From Actinomycetota bacterium (GTDB taxonomy: Bacteria > Margulisbacteria > Marinamargulisbacteria > GCA-2716485 > GCA-002719695): DNA of 64,000 nucleotides. This document shows, one piece after another, positions 46,637-56,149 of the stretch. Made by a program: the position numbers and the translations under genes. Under the pieces are notes generated by a model that was not told the origin of the DNA, ran no database searches, and saw nothing but the letters and a program-made list of their open reading frames with translations. The DNA lies in assembly GCA_002697535.1 (NCBI GenBank), contig NZWE01000012.1, positions 8,713-72,712 of the forward strand. Direction: 5' to 3'. How positions within the stretch are numbered: the first letter of the stretch is position 1; every line of letters begins with the position of its first letter.

Positions 46637-48205
46637 TTATCGTAAAATAGAACATTTTCCTTTATGCACTTCATTTAAACCATTTAGTGTTACTGTATAC
46701 AAATAAGTTCCATTTACCATATCAGCTATATTAAGGGTAATGCTATTTAAACTCTGGGTTATAAAATCTTTCTTTTTTTGTAATACCCCCTCTAGATTAT
46801 AAAACGTTACATATCCGCCTAACCCATCTTCTTGCGCTGAAAAATAAATAACTGCTTGATTACTACGTATTGGGTTTGGTGCAACCATAACATTACTGAT
46901 TTTTTGACTCGTACTAGATCCTCCATAAAATGCTAGATTAGCATCAACACCAGCCTTTACATTAAACTCTTCTAATAAGGCATATACATTAGGGACTCTA
47001 ATATTATCTGGTAATACCTTTGGTGAGGATTGCATTAAAATAGACTGATAGGATTCTGCCGTTAAATTAGGATAATAACTTACCATCCTTCCTAAAATCC
47101 CTGAAATAATGGCCGTACTTGTTGATGTCCCTGATAAATGGGCATATCCATTATTCAGCGATGTTGAAAAAACATCTTTTCCTGAAATAGCAACATCCAA
47201 CCCATATCCTTGATTTGAAAATGATTCCAATTGCTTCGTCCCTTTTTCGATCGAACCAACACCAATAACCGACTTAAATCTAGCGGGATACATCACCTTT
47301 TTCATAGCATCGTTACCTACAGCAGCTACGACAATCACATCATTGGCTAACGCATACTCAATAGCATCTTCTAACACCTTTGTTTTAAAGATAAAACCCC
47401 AACTACAGTTAATAATTGAAGCACCCTGATCAACGGCATATCGGATGGCTAAAGCAGCTTCTAATTGATACCCTATACCAAATTGATTAAACACTTTTAA
47501 AGGTAATATCTTAGCGCCAGGATGAATACCAACAATTCCCTTTTGATTGCTTAAACCTGCGATAATACCAGCCATATGCGTTCCATGACCATGATCATCT
47601 TCTGGATAACTAGATATCTTATTACCCAACCAATCGAGCCACTGATAACCTGCTATATCATCAATATAGCCATTTCCGTCATCATCTTTTCCATTGATTA
47701 GCTCTCCCTCATTTTTGTAAATAGCATCTTTTAAATCATCATGATTTAGATTAACCCCTGTATCAATAATCGCAATTACAACATCTCTTTTTGATTGCAA
47801 AGACCATAATTGAAATAAATCATCTTCAATTAGATAGTGTTGTTTAAAACTTAAGGGGTCCAAAGTTTCTTGATATAGCTCTAAGGCATAATTGGGTTCT
47901 GCAACACTAACATAAGGTAAGGTTTCTAACTGCTCACATATAACCTTAAGATCTAATGATGATTCAACTCTAATAATATCAAGTGTTTCATCATTATTTT
48001 TTGATAGTAAAAAATTAAGTCTCTGCTTCTTTTTTATCGTTACTGTCTTTTGTTTTAGTATCGTTATATCTGTTAACGGTGTTGGATTTGCTAAAAATTG
48101 GATCCCACTATCAGATTTATGTAAAATAATATCGTAGGTAGCTGCAATAAGACTATTACTGATACTTAACATTAACCATAATGCTAAGAAGGCTTTAGAT
48201 ACCAA
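46637..48205 (-). CDS. secreted subtilisin-like (S8) serine protease with T9SS-type C-terminal sorting domain
   Basis: Signal peptide. Catalytic triad motifs AIIDTGV, HGHGTHMAGI and SGTSTSTAIISG. The last ~80 aa (APNPIRSNQAVIYF...VTFYNLEGVL...VNGTYLYTVTLNG...) match the Por_Secre_tail pattern. Confidence 0.8.
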   Translation of the reverse strand: MVSKAFLALWLMLSISNSLIAATYDIILHKSDSGIQFLANPTPLTDITILKQKTVTIKKKQRLNFLLSKNNDETLDIIRVESSLDLKVICEQLETLPYVSVAEPNYALELYQETLDPLSFKQHYLIEDDLFQLWSLQSKRDVVIAIIDTGVNLNHDDLKDAIYKNEGELINGKDDDGNGYIDDIAGYQWLDWLGNKISSYPEDDHGHGTHMAGIIAGLSNQKGIVGIHPGAKILPLKVFNQFGIGYQLEAALAIRYAVDQGASIINCSWGFIFKTKVLEDAIEYALANDVIVVAAVGNDAMKKVMYPARFKSVIGVGSIEKGTKQLESFSNQGYGLDVAISGKDVFSTSLNNGYAHLSGTSTSTAIISGILGRMVSYYPNLTAESYQSILMQSSPKVLPDNIRVPNVYALLEEFNVKAGVDANLAFYGGSSTSQKISNVMVAPNPIRSNQAVIYFSAQEDGLGGYVTFYNLEGVLQKKKDFITQSLNSITLNIADMVNGTYLYTVTLNGLNEVHKGKCSILR

Positions 48206-49172
48206 CCGTCATTCCTAGCTTATGAGAATCGCCTAAGGCGACATGGTGTCCATATGAATAATGCATATTTAATGAGTTAATGTTCATGCTTGATCCAGCA
48301 CGAAACTGATTACTCATCCCAACATCTCTAATTCCTACGGTTAGATTTATATAGGATGACAAGTCATAAGTTAAAGCAATATTTTTAATCATTTTTTCTT
48401 TTATTATACTCATATCTGATAAAAATTCTAAATTTCTTATGGGTCTTATCGATACCCCTGTATTAACCTGCACAGGTTTTTTATCTCTTTTTCCCGTACT
48501 CCAATACTTACGATAACCTATATTTTGTACAGATACCCCAATATTTAGCATCCCACCTGTTAATAACACTCCCGTATCTACTGAAATGCCTTTTCCAACA
48601 GCGTCACTAATTCGGTCATACAAGCCTATAACTGAACTTCCTATTAATATCCTGTCATGAATACGTGTTGCAACACTTACCTGCGGATTTGTATTCAAGC
48701 TAGCATACTGGCCTGTTGTTGTGGGTATACCGTCAATCACCTCATTTTTATCCATATTACCTATTGTAGTAAATGGTAATAAAACACTCATAAATAAGGT
48801 GTCATTATTTTTATAACCAAAACCTAATAATCCATGATAGATACCCATAGCATAACTCTGATTAAGATTAACCAACACCTTTCTATGCATATTCTTAATA
48901 CCCGTAGCGGGGTTTTTAATACCGCCTTCTAAACCATTCTCTTTTCCTGTAACCGCATAGGCACTTGCATACCCTTTTACCAATCGTATATCGCCAGCAT
49001 AGACACTACTATCTATTGACAATAAAATGATAACAAGCAATAATAATAATAATATAAAAATATTATTTAATTTATCTTTTATTTTTTTCAAAACCAAAAA
49101 ATAACCCATTAAATTCAATGGATTTCCCCTTTTTTTAATATATCTTTGTAGACTAGTTAGAATCTTTTCCAC
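48195..49172 (-). CDS. outer-membrane beta-barrel protein (PorP/SprF- or PorV-like?)
   Basis: Signal peptide if started at M22 (49109). NPATG motif near the N-terminus and alternating beta-strand pattern. Its stop overlaps the S8 protease start by 11 nt. Confidence 0.55.
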   Translation of the reverse strand: MEKILTSLQRYIKKRGNPLNLMGYFLVLKKIKDKLNNIFILLLLLLVIILLSIDSSVYAGDIRLVKGYASAYAVTGKENGLEGGIKNPATGIKNMHRKVLVNLNQSYAMGIYHGLLGFGYKNNDTLFMSVLLPFTTIGNMDKNEVIDGIPTTTGQYASLNTNPQVSVATRIHDRILIGSSVIGLYDRISDAVGKGISVDTGVLLTGGMLNIGVSVQNIGYRKYWSTGKRDKKPVQVNTGVSIRPIRNLEFLSDMSIIKEKMIKNIALTYDLSSYINLTVGIRDVGMSNQFRAGSSMNINSLNMHYSYGHHVALGDSHKLGMTVGI

Positions 49173-49267
49173 AAAAATTTATGTTTTAAACCTTTTTTAT
49201 ATCACTATTATTTTTTACCGTTTATAAACTTTGGGTCATGGCTGTTTATATGTTAAATTAGTAAGAC

Positions 49268-50671
49268 ATGATACTTACGGATGATTCTGTTATTAAATTG
49301 TTTCAAACCAAAGCACCGATAGGTCGTCCAAATACGCCAGCTTACGCTTTATATAATACGCAAGAAGAATGTGATTATTTATTAAATCATGCTATTAAAG
49401 AATTAAATTTACCTGTCAATCGTTCTCCTTATACGATCACACCAGATACCCACCTTAAACTAGAGTTCAATATGATCTATACGCAACTTACCTTTTCGTA
49501 TTCTCAACATTACTCTAAACCTGATCTTATTATTTATACGGAAAAAGGGTTTACTATCTTTAAACTCTGTATTTCTTATAATCCCATCAAACACCCTATC
49601 AGACGTTTAGGCCTAACTTATTTTATTATCTCTCAGCTGGGTTATCGCACAACGTCTTCTTACCTTTTATGTATCAATCCTCACTTTCGGATTGATCATA
49701 ACAAAACACAATTCTTCAAACGATTTAATATAACCTCTAAAACAAAAAATATTGCATCAAAAATTTCTCGTTATCTTGAATCTATCTCTAAGCAAAGTAA
49801 TCAACATCCTGATATAGACTCTAAAGAGCCTGCAACTAATTTAAATGACACTCACGCTAACACCACTATTCCTGATATTTTTCAACTTATTGATATGCCC
49901 TATAAACAAAAGGCCTTTTATTATGAAGAAGGAATTTTATCCTTTCATGATATCTTACAATCCTTATCTACTCTTTCTGATATTCAACGAAAGCAATGCT
50001 TAGTTGAAACAACACAACAACCATTTTTTGAACCTTCTTACCTAAACTCATTTCTCACTAGGCTCACACCTAACATTCAATTTTTTGATATCGAAGCATG
50101 CCAATTCCCTTATCCAATCTTTTTTGCTAAAACCCCCTTCGAAACCTTTCCTTTTCTTTTTTCTATTCATTACCTTCATACTCATACAAAACAAGAAGAT
50201 CATACCATTCAATTTTTTTATCCTGATTCAGATTTTAGACGTAAATTTGCTGAATCCCTGATTACTCATCTTAATCCAAACCAGTCTATTATCATTTTTG
50301 ATGCAACAATGGAACGAAAATTACTTTCAGAACTTGCTTACTTATTTCCTGATCTCAGAAACAAACTTAACAAACTGCTAGATCAATTCGTCGACATTTC
50401 ACCCTTATTTCTTAATCACCATGTTATGTTACCGGGAATGCAGGGTAAATATTCTATTAAACAAATTATCCATGCTATCACACCAGCCAATCCCTATGAT
50501 TCATTAACCGTCCAATCTGGCTTTTTTGCCTCTCATCATTACAAAACACTTATTTATGATTCTAATACTGAAAAAATCGCTATAAAAAACATCATATCTG
50601 ATTACTGTAAAATGGACACCTATTCTTTAGTTTTAATTTATAATCACCTTCATAGTTTATCCCTTAAATAA
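49268..50671 (+). CDS. DUF2779-like protein
   Basis: 467-aa ORF. The FFDIEACQFPYP segment resembles the DUF2779 F.DFE motif. Family assignment unverified. Confidence 0.5.
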   Translation: MILTDDSVIKLFQTKAPIGRPNTPAYALYNTQEECDYLLNHAIKELNLPVNRSPYTITPDTHLKLEFNMIYTQLTFSYSQHYSKPDLIIYTEKGFTIFKLCISYNPIKHPIRRLGLTYFIISQLGYRTTSSYLLCINPHFRIDHNKTQFFKRFNITSKTKNIASKISRYLESISKQSNQHPDIDSKEPATNLNDTHANTTIPDIFQLIDMPYKQKAFYYEEGILSFHDILQSLSTLSDIQRKQCLVETTQQPFFEPSYLNSFLTRLTPNIQFFDIEACQFPYPIFFAKTPFETFPFLFSIHYLHTHTKQEDHTIQFFYPDSDFRRKFAESLITHLNPNQSIIIFDATMERKLLSELAYLFPDLRNKLNKLLDQFVDISPLFLNHHVMLPGMQGKYSIKQIIHAITPANPYDSLTVQSGFFASHHYKTLIYDSNTEKIAIKNIISDYCKMDTYSLVLIYNHLHSLSLK

Positions 50672-50691
50672 TTTGTTTAGCTTCGCATACA

Positions 50692-52851
50692 TTGGTGTAT
50701 AATAGGTCGATGTCTATTTTATTTAAAAAGTTATTTCGTAACAAAAAAACTAGCGTTTTAGCTTTTATTCTTCTCGTTTCTATATTTTTATTTGGATATT
50801 CTAAACAAAAAGCCTTACAAGAGCTTGTTGTATACAGTGTCCTAAACAACCATTTTAGCCCTGTTCAAATTAAAGATGATTATTCTGAAAATGTATTTAA
50901 TCAATTTCTTAAAAAAATGGATCCAAACAAGCGATTTTTCACCCAAGAAGATATTGCCCAGTTATCCTTATATAAATATGCTATTGATGATCATATTGAA
51001 TCAGGTAATTTTAAATTTTTAAATACAGCTTTTGATATATATATGGCTCGCTTAGAGTTTCTAAACACTTATATTCCAACCTTATTTGACAAGCCTTTTT
51101 CTTTTACAAAAAAACAAACATTAGAAACAGACTCTGATAAACGCACTTTTTCTAAAAATGAAACTGAATTACAAGCATACTGGAATAAACTTATCGAATA
51201 TCAAGTACTTACTCGTTATATTAATTTAAAACAAGGGCTTGTTAGTAAAAATGAAACCATTTCACATACGTTTGATAAAAAACTTGAAAAAGAAGCAAGA
51301 GAAAAAACTAAAACTGAAGTTTTAGAAAGTTTTACTAGATTACAAGAAGAAACATTAGATGATTTTCGAGATTTATATTTTGATAGCATGATTAATGTGT
51401 TTGACACGCATACCAGCTATTTCCCATCTGAACGTAAAGAAGATTTTGATATTAGTATCTCTGGAAAACTAGAAGGGATTGGTGCTGTGTTACGGGAAGA
51501 AGATGGATTCATTAAAGTAGTCCGCATTGTTCCTGGTAGCGCGTCCTGGAAACAAGGTGAGCTAAAAGCAGAAGATGTTATTTTGAAAGTAGCTCAAGAT
51601 TTAGACAAAGATCCCGTTAGCATTGTAGGCGTTCGAATTAAAAAAGCTGTTAAGTTAATTCGTGGTAAAAAAGGAAGCACTGTCAGACTTACCGTAAAAC
51701 ATCCTACAGGAGAAGTTTCTGAAATACCTATTGTTCGTGACATTGTTATCATTGAAGAGACCTACTCAAAACATGCTATCTTAAAGGATTCTCGTTTCGA
51801 TAAAACCTTTGGCTATATTTCCTTACCTAAATTTTATCGTGACTTTAAAAACCCTCTAGGTCGTAACACAACAAACGATATCCAAAAAGCACTCGTTGAT
51901 ATTAATAAAGCAGGTGTTGATGGCGTTATCTTTGATCTTCGTGATAATGAAGGGGGTGCTTTAGTTGATGCGGTTTATTCAGCTGGTTTATTTATTAATG
52001 AAGGTCCCATAGTTCAAGTAAGAGGTCGCACCTCTATGTATGATAAAATTCTCAATGATACTGATGAAGATATACTTTATGATGGTCCTTTGATTATTTT
52101 ACTTAATTCTTACTCTGCTTCTGCTTCTGAAATTTTCGCAGCTGCGCTTCAGGACTATGGACGTGCTGTTGTTGTTGGCTCCAACACCTTTGGAAAAGGG
52201 ACCGTTCAAACCTTTGTAGAACTTGATAAATTAAGTCCTACACGATCTGCTTTTTTTAAAGATCTTGGTTCTGTAAAATTAACTATTCAAAAATTTTATC
52301 GTATTAACGGTGGGTCTACGCAACATAAAGGCGTACTACCCGATATTATACTTCCTAACAAAGCTGACCATCTTGAAGTTGGTGAACGATACCTGGACTA
52401 TGCTTTAGGTTGGGATACGGTTAAACCACTTAGCTATTCACAATGGTATCATCAAAATCTTGACATTGATAAATTAGCTAAATTATCAAAAAAACGTATT
52501 TCAAAATCAGATCGTTACAAGTCTTTATATTCTCACTTATCTTTTATTAAGAAACGTTCCGAAACTACCTATGTCTTTCTTGATTCAAAAAAAGCTATAT
52601 CCAAAAAACTTGAAGCAAACAAAGAATTAGATACCTATAATGAAACCATTAAAAAACTTGATAATTTATCGTTTACAATTCCTCATAATAAACAACTATC
52701 TGAAGCGCAGCAAGAAAGTTATAAAGATTGGGTTGAAAATATTGAAAAAGATATTGATATTAGTGAATCATCTGCTATTTTAAATGACCTTATCTCTGAA
52801 ATATCGTCCCTAACAGCTCGTCATAGCGAGGACATGTCTGTCATCGAGTAA
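50692..52851 (+). CDS. prc: tail-specific (carboxy-terminal processing) protease, S41 family
   Basis: PDZ region followed by YSASASEIFAAALQDYGRAVVVGSNTFGKGTVQ (catalytic Ser and Lys). 719 aa. The ATG at 50710 is the likely start. Confidence 0.9.
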   Translation: MVYNRSMSILFKKLFRNKKTSVLAFILLVSIFLFGYSKQKALQELVVYSVLNNHFSPVQIKDDYSENVFNQFLKKMDPNKRFFTQEDIAQLSLYKYAIDDHIESGNFKFLNTAFDIYMARLEFLNTYIPTLFDKPFSFTKKQTLETDSDKRTFSKNETELQAYWNKLIEYQVLTRYINLKQGLVSKNETISHTFDKKLEKEAREKTKTEVLESFTRLQEETLDDFRDLYFDSMINVFDTHTSYFPSERKEDFDISISGKLEGIGAVLREEDGFIKVVRIVPGSASWKQGELKAEDVILKVAQDLDKDPVSIVGVRIKKAVKLIRGKKGSTVRLTVKHPTGEVSEIPIVRDIVIIEETYSKHAILKDSRFDKTFGYISLPKFYRDFKNPLGRNTTNDIQKALVDINKAGVDGVIFDLRDNEGGALVDAVYSAGLFINEGPIVQVRGRTSMYDKILNDTDEDILYDGPLIILLNSYSASASEIFAAALQDYGRAVVVGSNTFGKGTVQTFVELDKLSPTRSAFFKDLGSVKLTIQKFYRINGGSTQHKGVLPDIILPNKADHLEVGERYLDYALGWDTVKPLSYSQWYHQNLDIDKLAKLSKKRISKSDRYKSLYSHLSFIKKRSETTYVFLDSKKAISKKLEANKELDTYNETIKKLDNLSFTIPHNKQLSEAQQESYKDWVENIEKDIDISESSAILNDLISEISSLTARHSEDMSVIE

Positions 52852-52855
52852 ATCA

Positions 52856-54232
52856 ATGACCAATTCTCAACCTCTCTCTTTCTCTGAATTCTCTACAACA
52901 TCTCTAGACCCTGCCATTCAATCACTTTTACAAGGGTTGCCTCCCTCCTCATTTTCAATCTTAAAGGCAGACAGTACTAACATCACCACACTTACTCCTA
53001 AACGACTTGCCGTGTGTTTTTCTGGGGGACCTGCTCCTGGAGGACATAATGTCGTTTTAGCTATTGCTAAATTATGCCATAATCATCATCAACTCTTTGG
53101 GATTATCGGAGGGCCCGCCGGTCTTATTAAGGGTCAACTAAAACCCTTAACCGTTAACGATTGTCTTCCCTACCATAATCAAGGTGGTTTTGATTTACTA
53201 CAAACAGATCGCACTAAAATTAAAGACAACTCTCAACTTAAGGCTATCAAAAGGGTTGTGAAACGCTTTCAGCTAGATGCCATTATCATTATTGGGGGTG
53301 ATGATTCCCATACTAACGCTCTCTTTTTAGCACAAGCCCTTTATTCAGATACATGCGCTGTTATTGGTGTTCCAAAAACCATTGATGGGGATTTACGTTA
53401 TCCTCCCTACTTACCTATTTCTTTTGGCTTTCACTCAGCTTGTGAGCTCTATACCAAACTGGTTCGTAATTTAATTTGCGACACACAATCCATATTAAAA
53501 TATTGGCATTTTGTTAAACTGATGGGTCGTAGCTCTAGCCACATCACCCAACATGTTGCTCATAAAACAAACCCTGATCTTTATTTTATTGGGGAACAAA
53601 TTGCTCATGATAACATACCTTTATCTGCTATTATTATGCAAATTGGGGATACTATTATTGATGCTAGCTTACATAACAAAACTTATGGCGTGATTTGTAT
53701 TCCTGAGGGACTGTTGGAATGGGTTCCTGATGTAAAAACACTCATAGAATCGCTTAACAAACATATCAATCTTAACGATCGATCTGCTATCCTTAAGAAA
53801 CTATCCTCATCAGAAACTGCTTTATTTGCAAGCTTTCCAACTTATATTCAAGACCAACTCCTTTTAGATCGCGATTCTCATGGTAACATTCAGTTATCTC
53901 GCATCGAAACCGAACGATGTTTAATTCATATGGTTGAAGCTTATATCGCTGATCTTGATCCAACCTTTACATTAGAAGCGATGCCTCACTTTTATGGTTA
54001 CGAAGGTAGATGCACAACACCTAACGCTTTTGATGCTCAATTCTGCACACTATTAGGTCAAGTAGCAGGTTCACTTGCCTTACATGGCTATACAGGGCAT
54101 ATGGCAGCGGTTGATAGTATTACAGAATCTTATCAAGCTTACGGAATACCTATCGCTGATTTATTAACAATAGAAACCCGTCATAATGAACAAATTCCAG
54201 TTATCAAAAAAACTATTGTTACTGATTTTTAA
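52856..54232 (+). CDS. pfp: pyrophosphate-dependent 6-phosphofructokinase
   Basis: PFK fold with GGDDSHTNA (Asp rather than the Gly of ATP-PFKs) and PKTIDGDL (Lys rather than Gly), plus MGRSSSH. Confidence 0.8.
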   Translation: MTNSQPLSFSEFSTTSLDPAIQSLLQGLPPSSFSILKADSTNITTLTPKRLAVCFSGGPAPGGHNVVLAIAKLCHNHHQLFGIIGGPAGLIKGQLKPLTVNDCLPYHNQGGFDLLQTDRTKIKDNSQLKAIKRVVKRFQLDAIIIIGGDDSHTNALFLAQALYSDTCAVIGVPKTIDGDLRYPPYLPISFGFHSACELYTKLVRNLICDTQSILKYWHFVKLMGRSSSHITQHVAHKTNPDLYFIGEQIAHDNIPLSAIIMQIGDTIIDASLHNKTYGVICIPEGLLEWVPDVKTLIESLNKHINLNDRSAILKKLSSSETALFASFPTYIQDQLLLDRDSHGNIQLSRIETERCLIHMVEAYIADLDPTFTLEAMPHFYGYEGRCTTPNAFDAQFCTLLGQVAGSLALHGYTGHMAAVDSITESYQAYGIPIADLLTIETRHNEQIPVIKKTIVTDF

Positions 54233-55686
54233 GATGTCGTTAAAATAGCCTGAATCAAGGTTCGTGTCCCTGACCCATTCATCCCTTTCACCTGATACCC
54301 TTTTGTAGATTTATTTTCCATGGTCGATGCTATATCAATATGCACCCAGCTTGACTCTCCAACAAACTGCTTTAAAAATATCGCCGCTGTTGATGTGCCT
54401 GCTAATCTATTTTCTGCACAGTTAGTAAAATCTGCTACTGATGATTTTAAATAATCTAAATACTCATCATATAAAGGCAGTTGCCATAAACGCTCCCCTA
54501 CGTCATCCTGCTTACTTAATATCGTATCGACTACATTTTGTGGCGATCCTAAAACAGCACTAGCAACATTCCCAAGTGCCACTGAACAAGCTCCTGTTAA
54601 CGTTGCTATATCTATAATAAGCTTTGGCTTAAAGGTTGTTGCTAAACATAAAGCATCGGCTAAAATTAACCGTCCTTCCGCATCGGTATTAATAACCTCT
54701 ATTGTTTTTTTGTTCATAGCTGTTATTACATCACCTGGCTTATAGGCATTTGCCGATGGCATATTTTCAACTAAAGGGATCAACGCTTTAACATGTTTTT
54801 TTACTTTTAATTCTTCTAAAGCGCTCATTGTTGCACAAACAGCAGCGGCTCCTCCCATATCTCCTTTCATACAAGACATAGAATGACTGGGTTTTATTGA
54901 AATCCCCCCTGTATCAAACGTAACCCCCTTTCCCACCATCACTATTGGAGCTTCTTTTGACTGATTTAAGGTTAACTCTAATAAATAAGGCTCTTGACTA
55001 GATCCTTGAGAAACCGCCAAAAAAGCTCCCATACCTTTCTTTTTAGCACTTTTTTTATCATATACCTTGATAGAAACGCCTGTTTTAGAAAACCGTTTTT
55101 TTGTCATTGTCATAAATTCTTTTGGTGTTAAATAATTTGCTGGTGTATTAGCTAAATCTCTAGCCATATTTTGAGATTTTGCTACTACAAATCCTCTTTT
55201 TATAGCAGCTGATATATCTGTTTGTTTTGGTACATCTAACACTAAATTAAAGGCTTTTCTTGCTGGCCTTTTTTCTGATTGATACCCCTTATACTCATAA
55301 TCTCCTAAATAAAACCCTTCACACCATTGCTGAACCGTATCAGCTTTAAGCGGGTGAGCACCCGTAACTATTAATTTAAATTGCTTTTCCTTTCTTGCTT
55401 GCCTTGCTAAATCTCCAGCTATATTCCGTACATTATTAACGGCTGACATTTGGTCAAAATAAACAAAATAAATATGCTGAATCAATTTCTGATGAGATAA
55501 TACACCTTGTTTTATTGGCTCATTTTTTTGTAATAACTGATCTGATTTATAATAATGCTCTACTAAGGATTCTACTACTTCGCCTTTAACATACCTTTTT
55601 AACTCGTTTATGGTTTTATATATAATTACCTTATTAACATACTCTACTTCCCAAAAATCATCTTGTTTTATAAGAGGGCTTTTCAT
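54229..55686 (-). CDS. pepA: leucyl aminopeptidase (M17)
   Basis: VGKGVTFDTGG and NTDAEGRLILADAL signatures. 485 aa. Confidence 0.92.
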   Translation of the reverse strand: MKSPLIKQDDFWEVEYVNKVIIYKTINELKRYVKGEVVESLVEHYYKSDQLLQKNEPIKQGVLSHQKLIQHIYFVYFDQMSAVNNVRNIAGDLARQARKEKQFKLIVTGAHPLKADTVQQWCEGFYLGDYEYKGYQSEKRPARKAFNLVLDVPKQTDISAAIKRGFVVAKSQNMARDLANTPANYLTPKEFMTMTKKRFSKTGVSIKVYDKKSAKKKGMGAFLAVSQGSSQEPYLLELTLNQSKEAPIVMVGKGVTFDTGGISIKPSHSMSCMKGDMGGAAAVCATMSALEELKVKKHVKALIPLVENMPSANAYKPGDVITAMNKKTIEVINTDAEGRLILADALCLATTFKPKLIIDIATLTGACSVALGNVASAVLGSPQNVVDTILSKQDDVGERLWQLPLYDEYLDYLKSSVADFTNCAENRLAGTSTAAIFLKQFVGESSWVHIDIASTMENKSTKGYQVKGMNGSGTRTLIQAILTTS

Positions 55687-55891
55687 AATCTCTCTCCTTT
55701 TTTATACCGTTCATTATTATGATACCTTAACCATAGGGTATATCAATATTTTTAAAAATTAAGATACTAATATTCTTATTGATTTTATTTTATAATAGTG
55801 TATAATTTTGTTGCTTTTTAATTATTTACTTAGCTAACTATCAATAAACAGTAAGTAATTTCAAAGAAATTAATAAAAAAATCAAAATATT

Positions 55892-56008
55892 ATGTTAACT
55901 AAAACTGAATTTGAAGATGCTAATTTATTTAGAAACAAGCCATTTACATATGGTGCTATTCGTTTTGGTTGGAACCCTCCTTATTTTTCTACTACATTTT
56001 TGGTATAA
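55892..56008 (+). CDS. small ORF A (38 aa), paralogue of small ORF B
   Basis: Encodes MLTKTEFEDANLFRNKPFTYGAIRFGWNPPYFSTTFLV. No clear SD. Supported only by similarity to the 63557-63682 ORF. Confidence 0.4.
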   Translation: MLTKTEFEDANLFRNKPFTYGAIRFGWNPPYFSTTFLV

Positions 56009-56149
56009 GCATAGTCGTTACAACCCAACAATTTGATATGCTGTGATGGCAATCTAATTATTATATCGATTTTATGCTACCGCTTTCATATTAAGATAAA
56101 TCATTATCTTAGTTCCATCACATTTAAAATTAAAATAAGGAGATTATAT

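Noticed and set aside
56033-56149. The track start (TTG at 56033) for the OTU protein, which adds MICCDGNLIIISILCYRFHIKINHYLSSITFKIKIRRLY.
   Set aside because: It has no SD. The in-frame TTG at 56150 is preceded by AAGGAG at optimal spacing. The extra 39 codons look like translated AT-rich leader.
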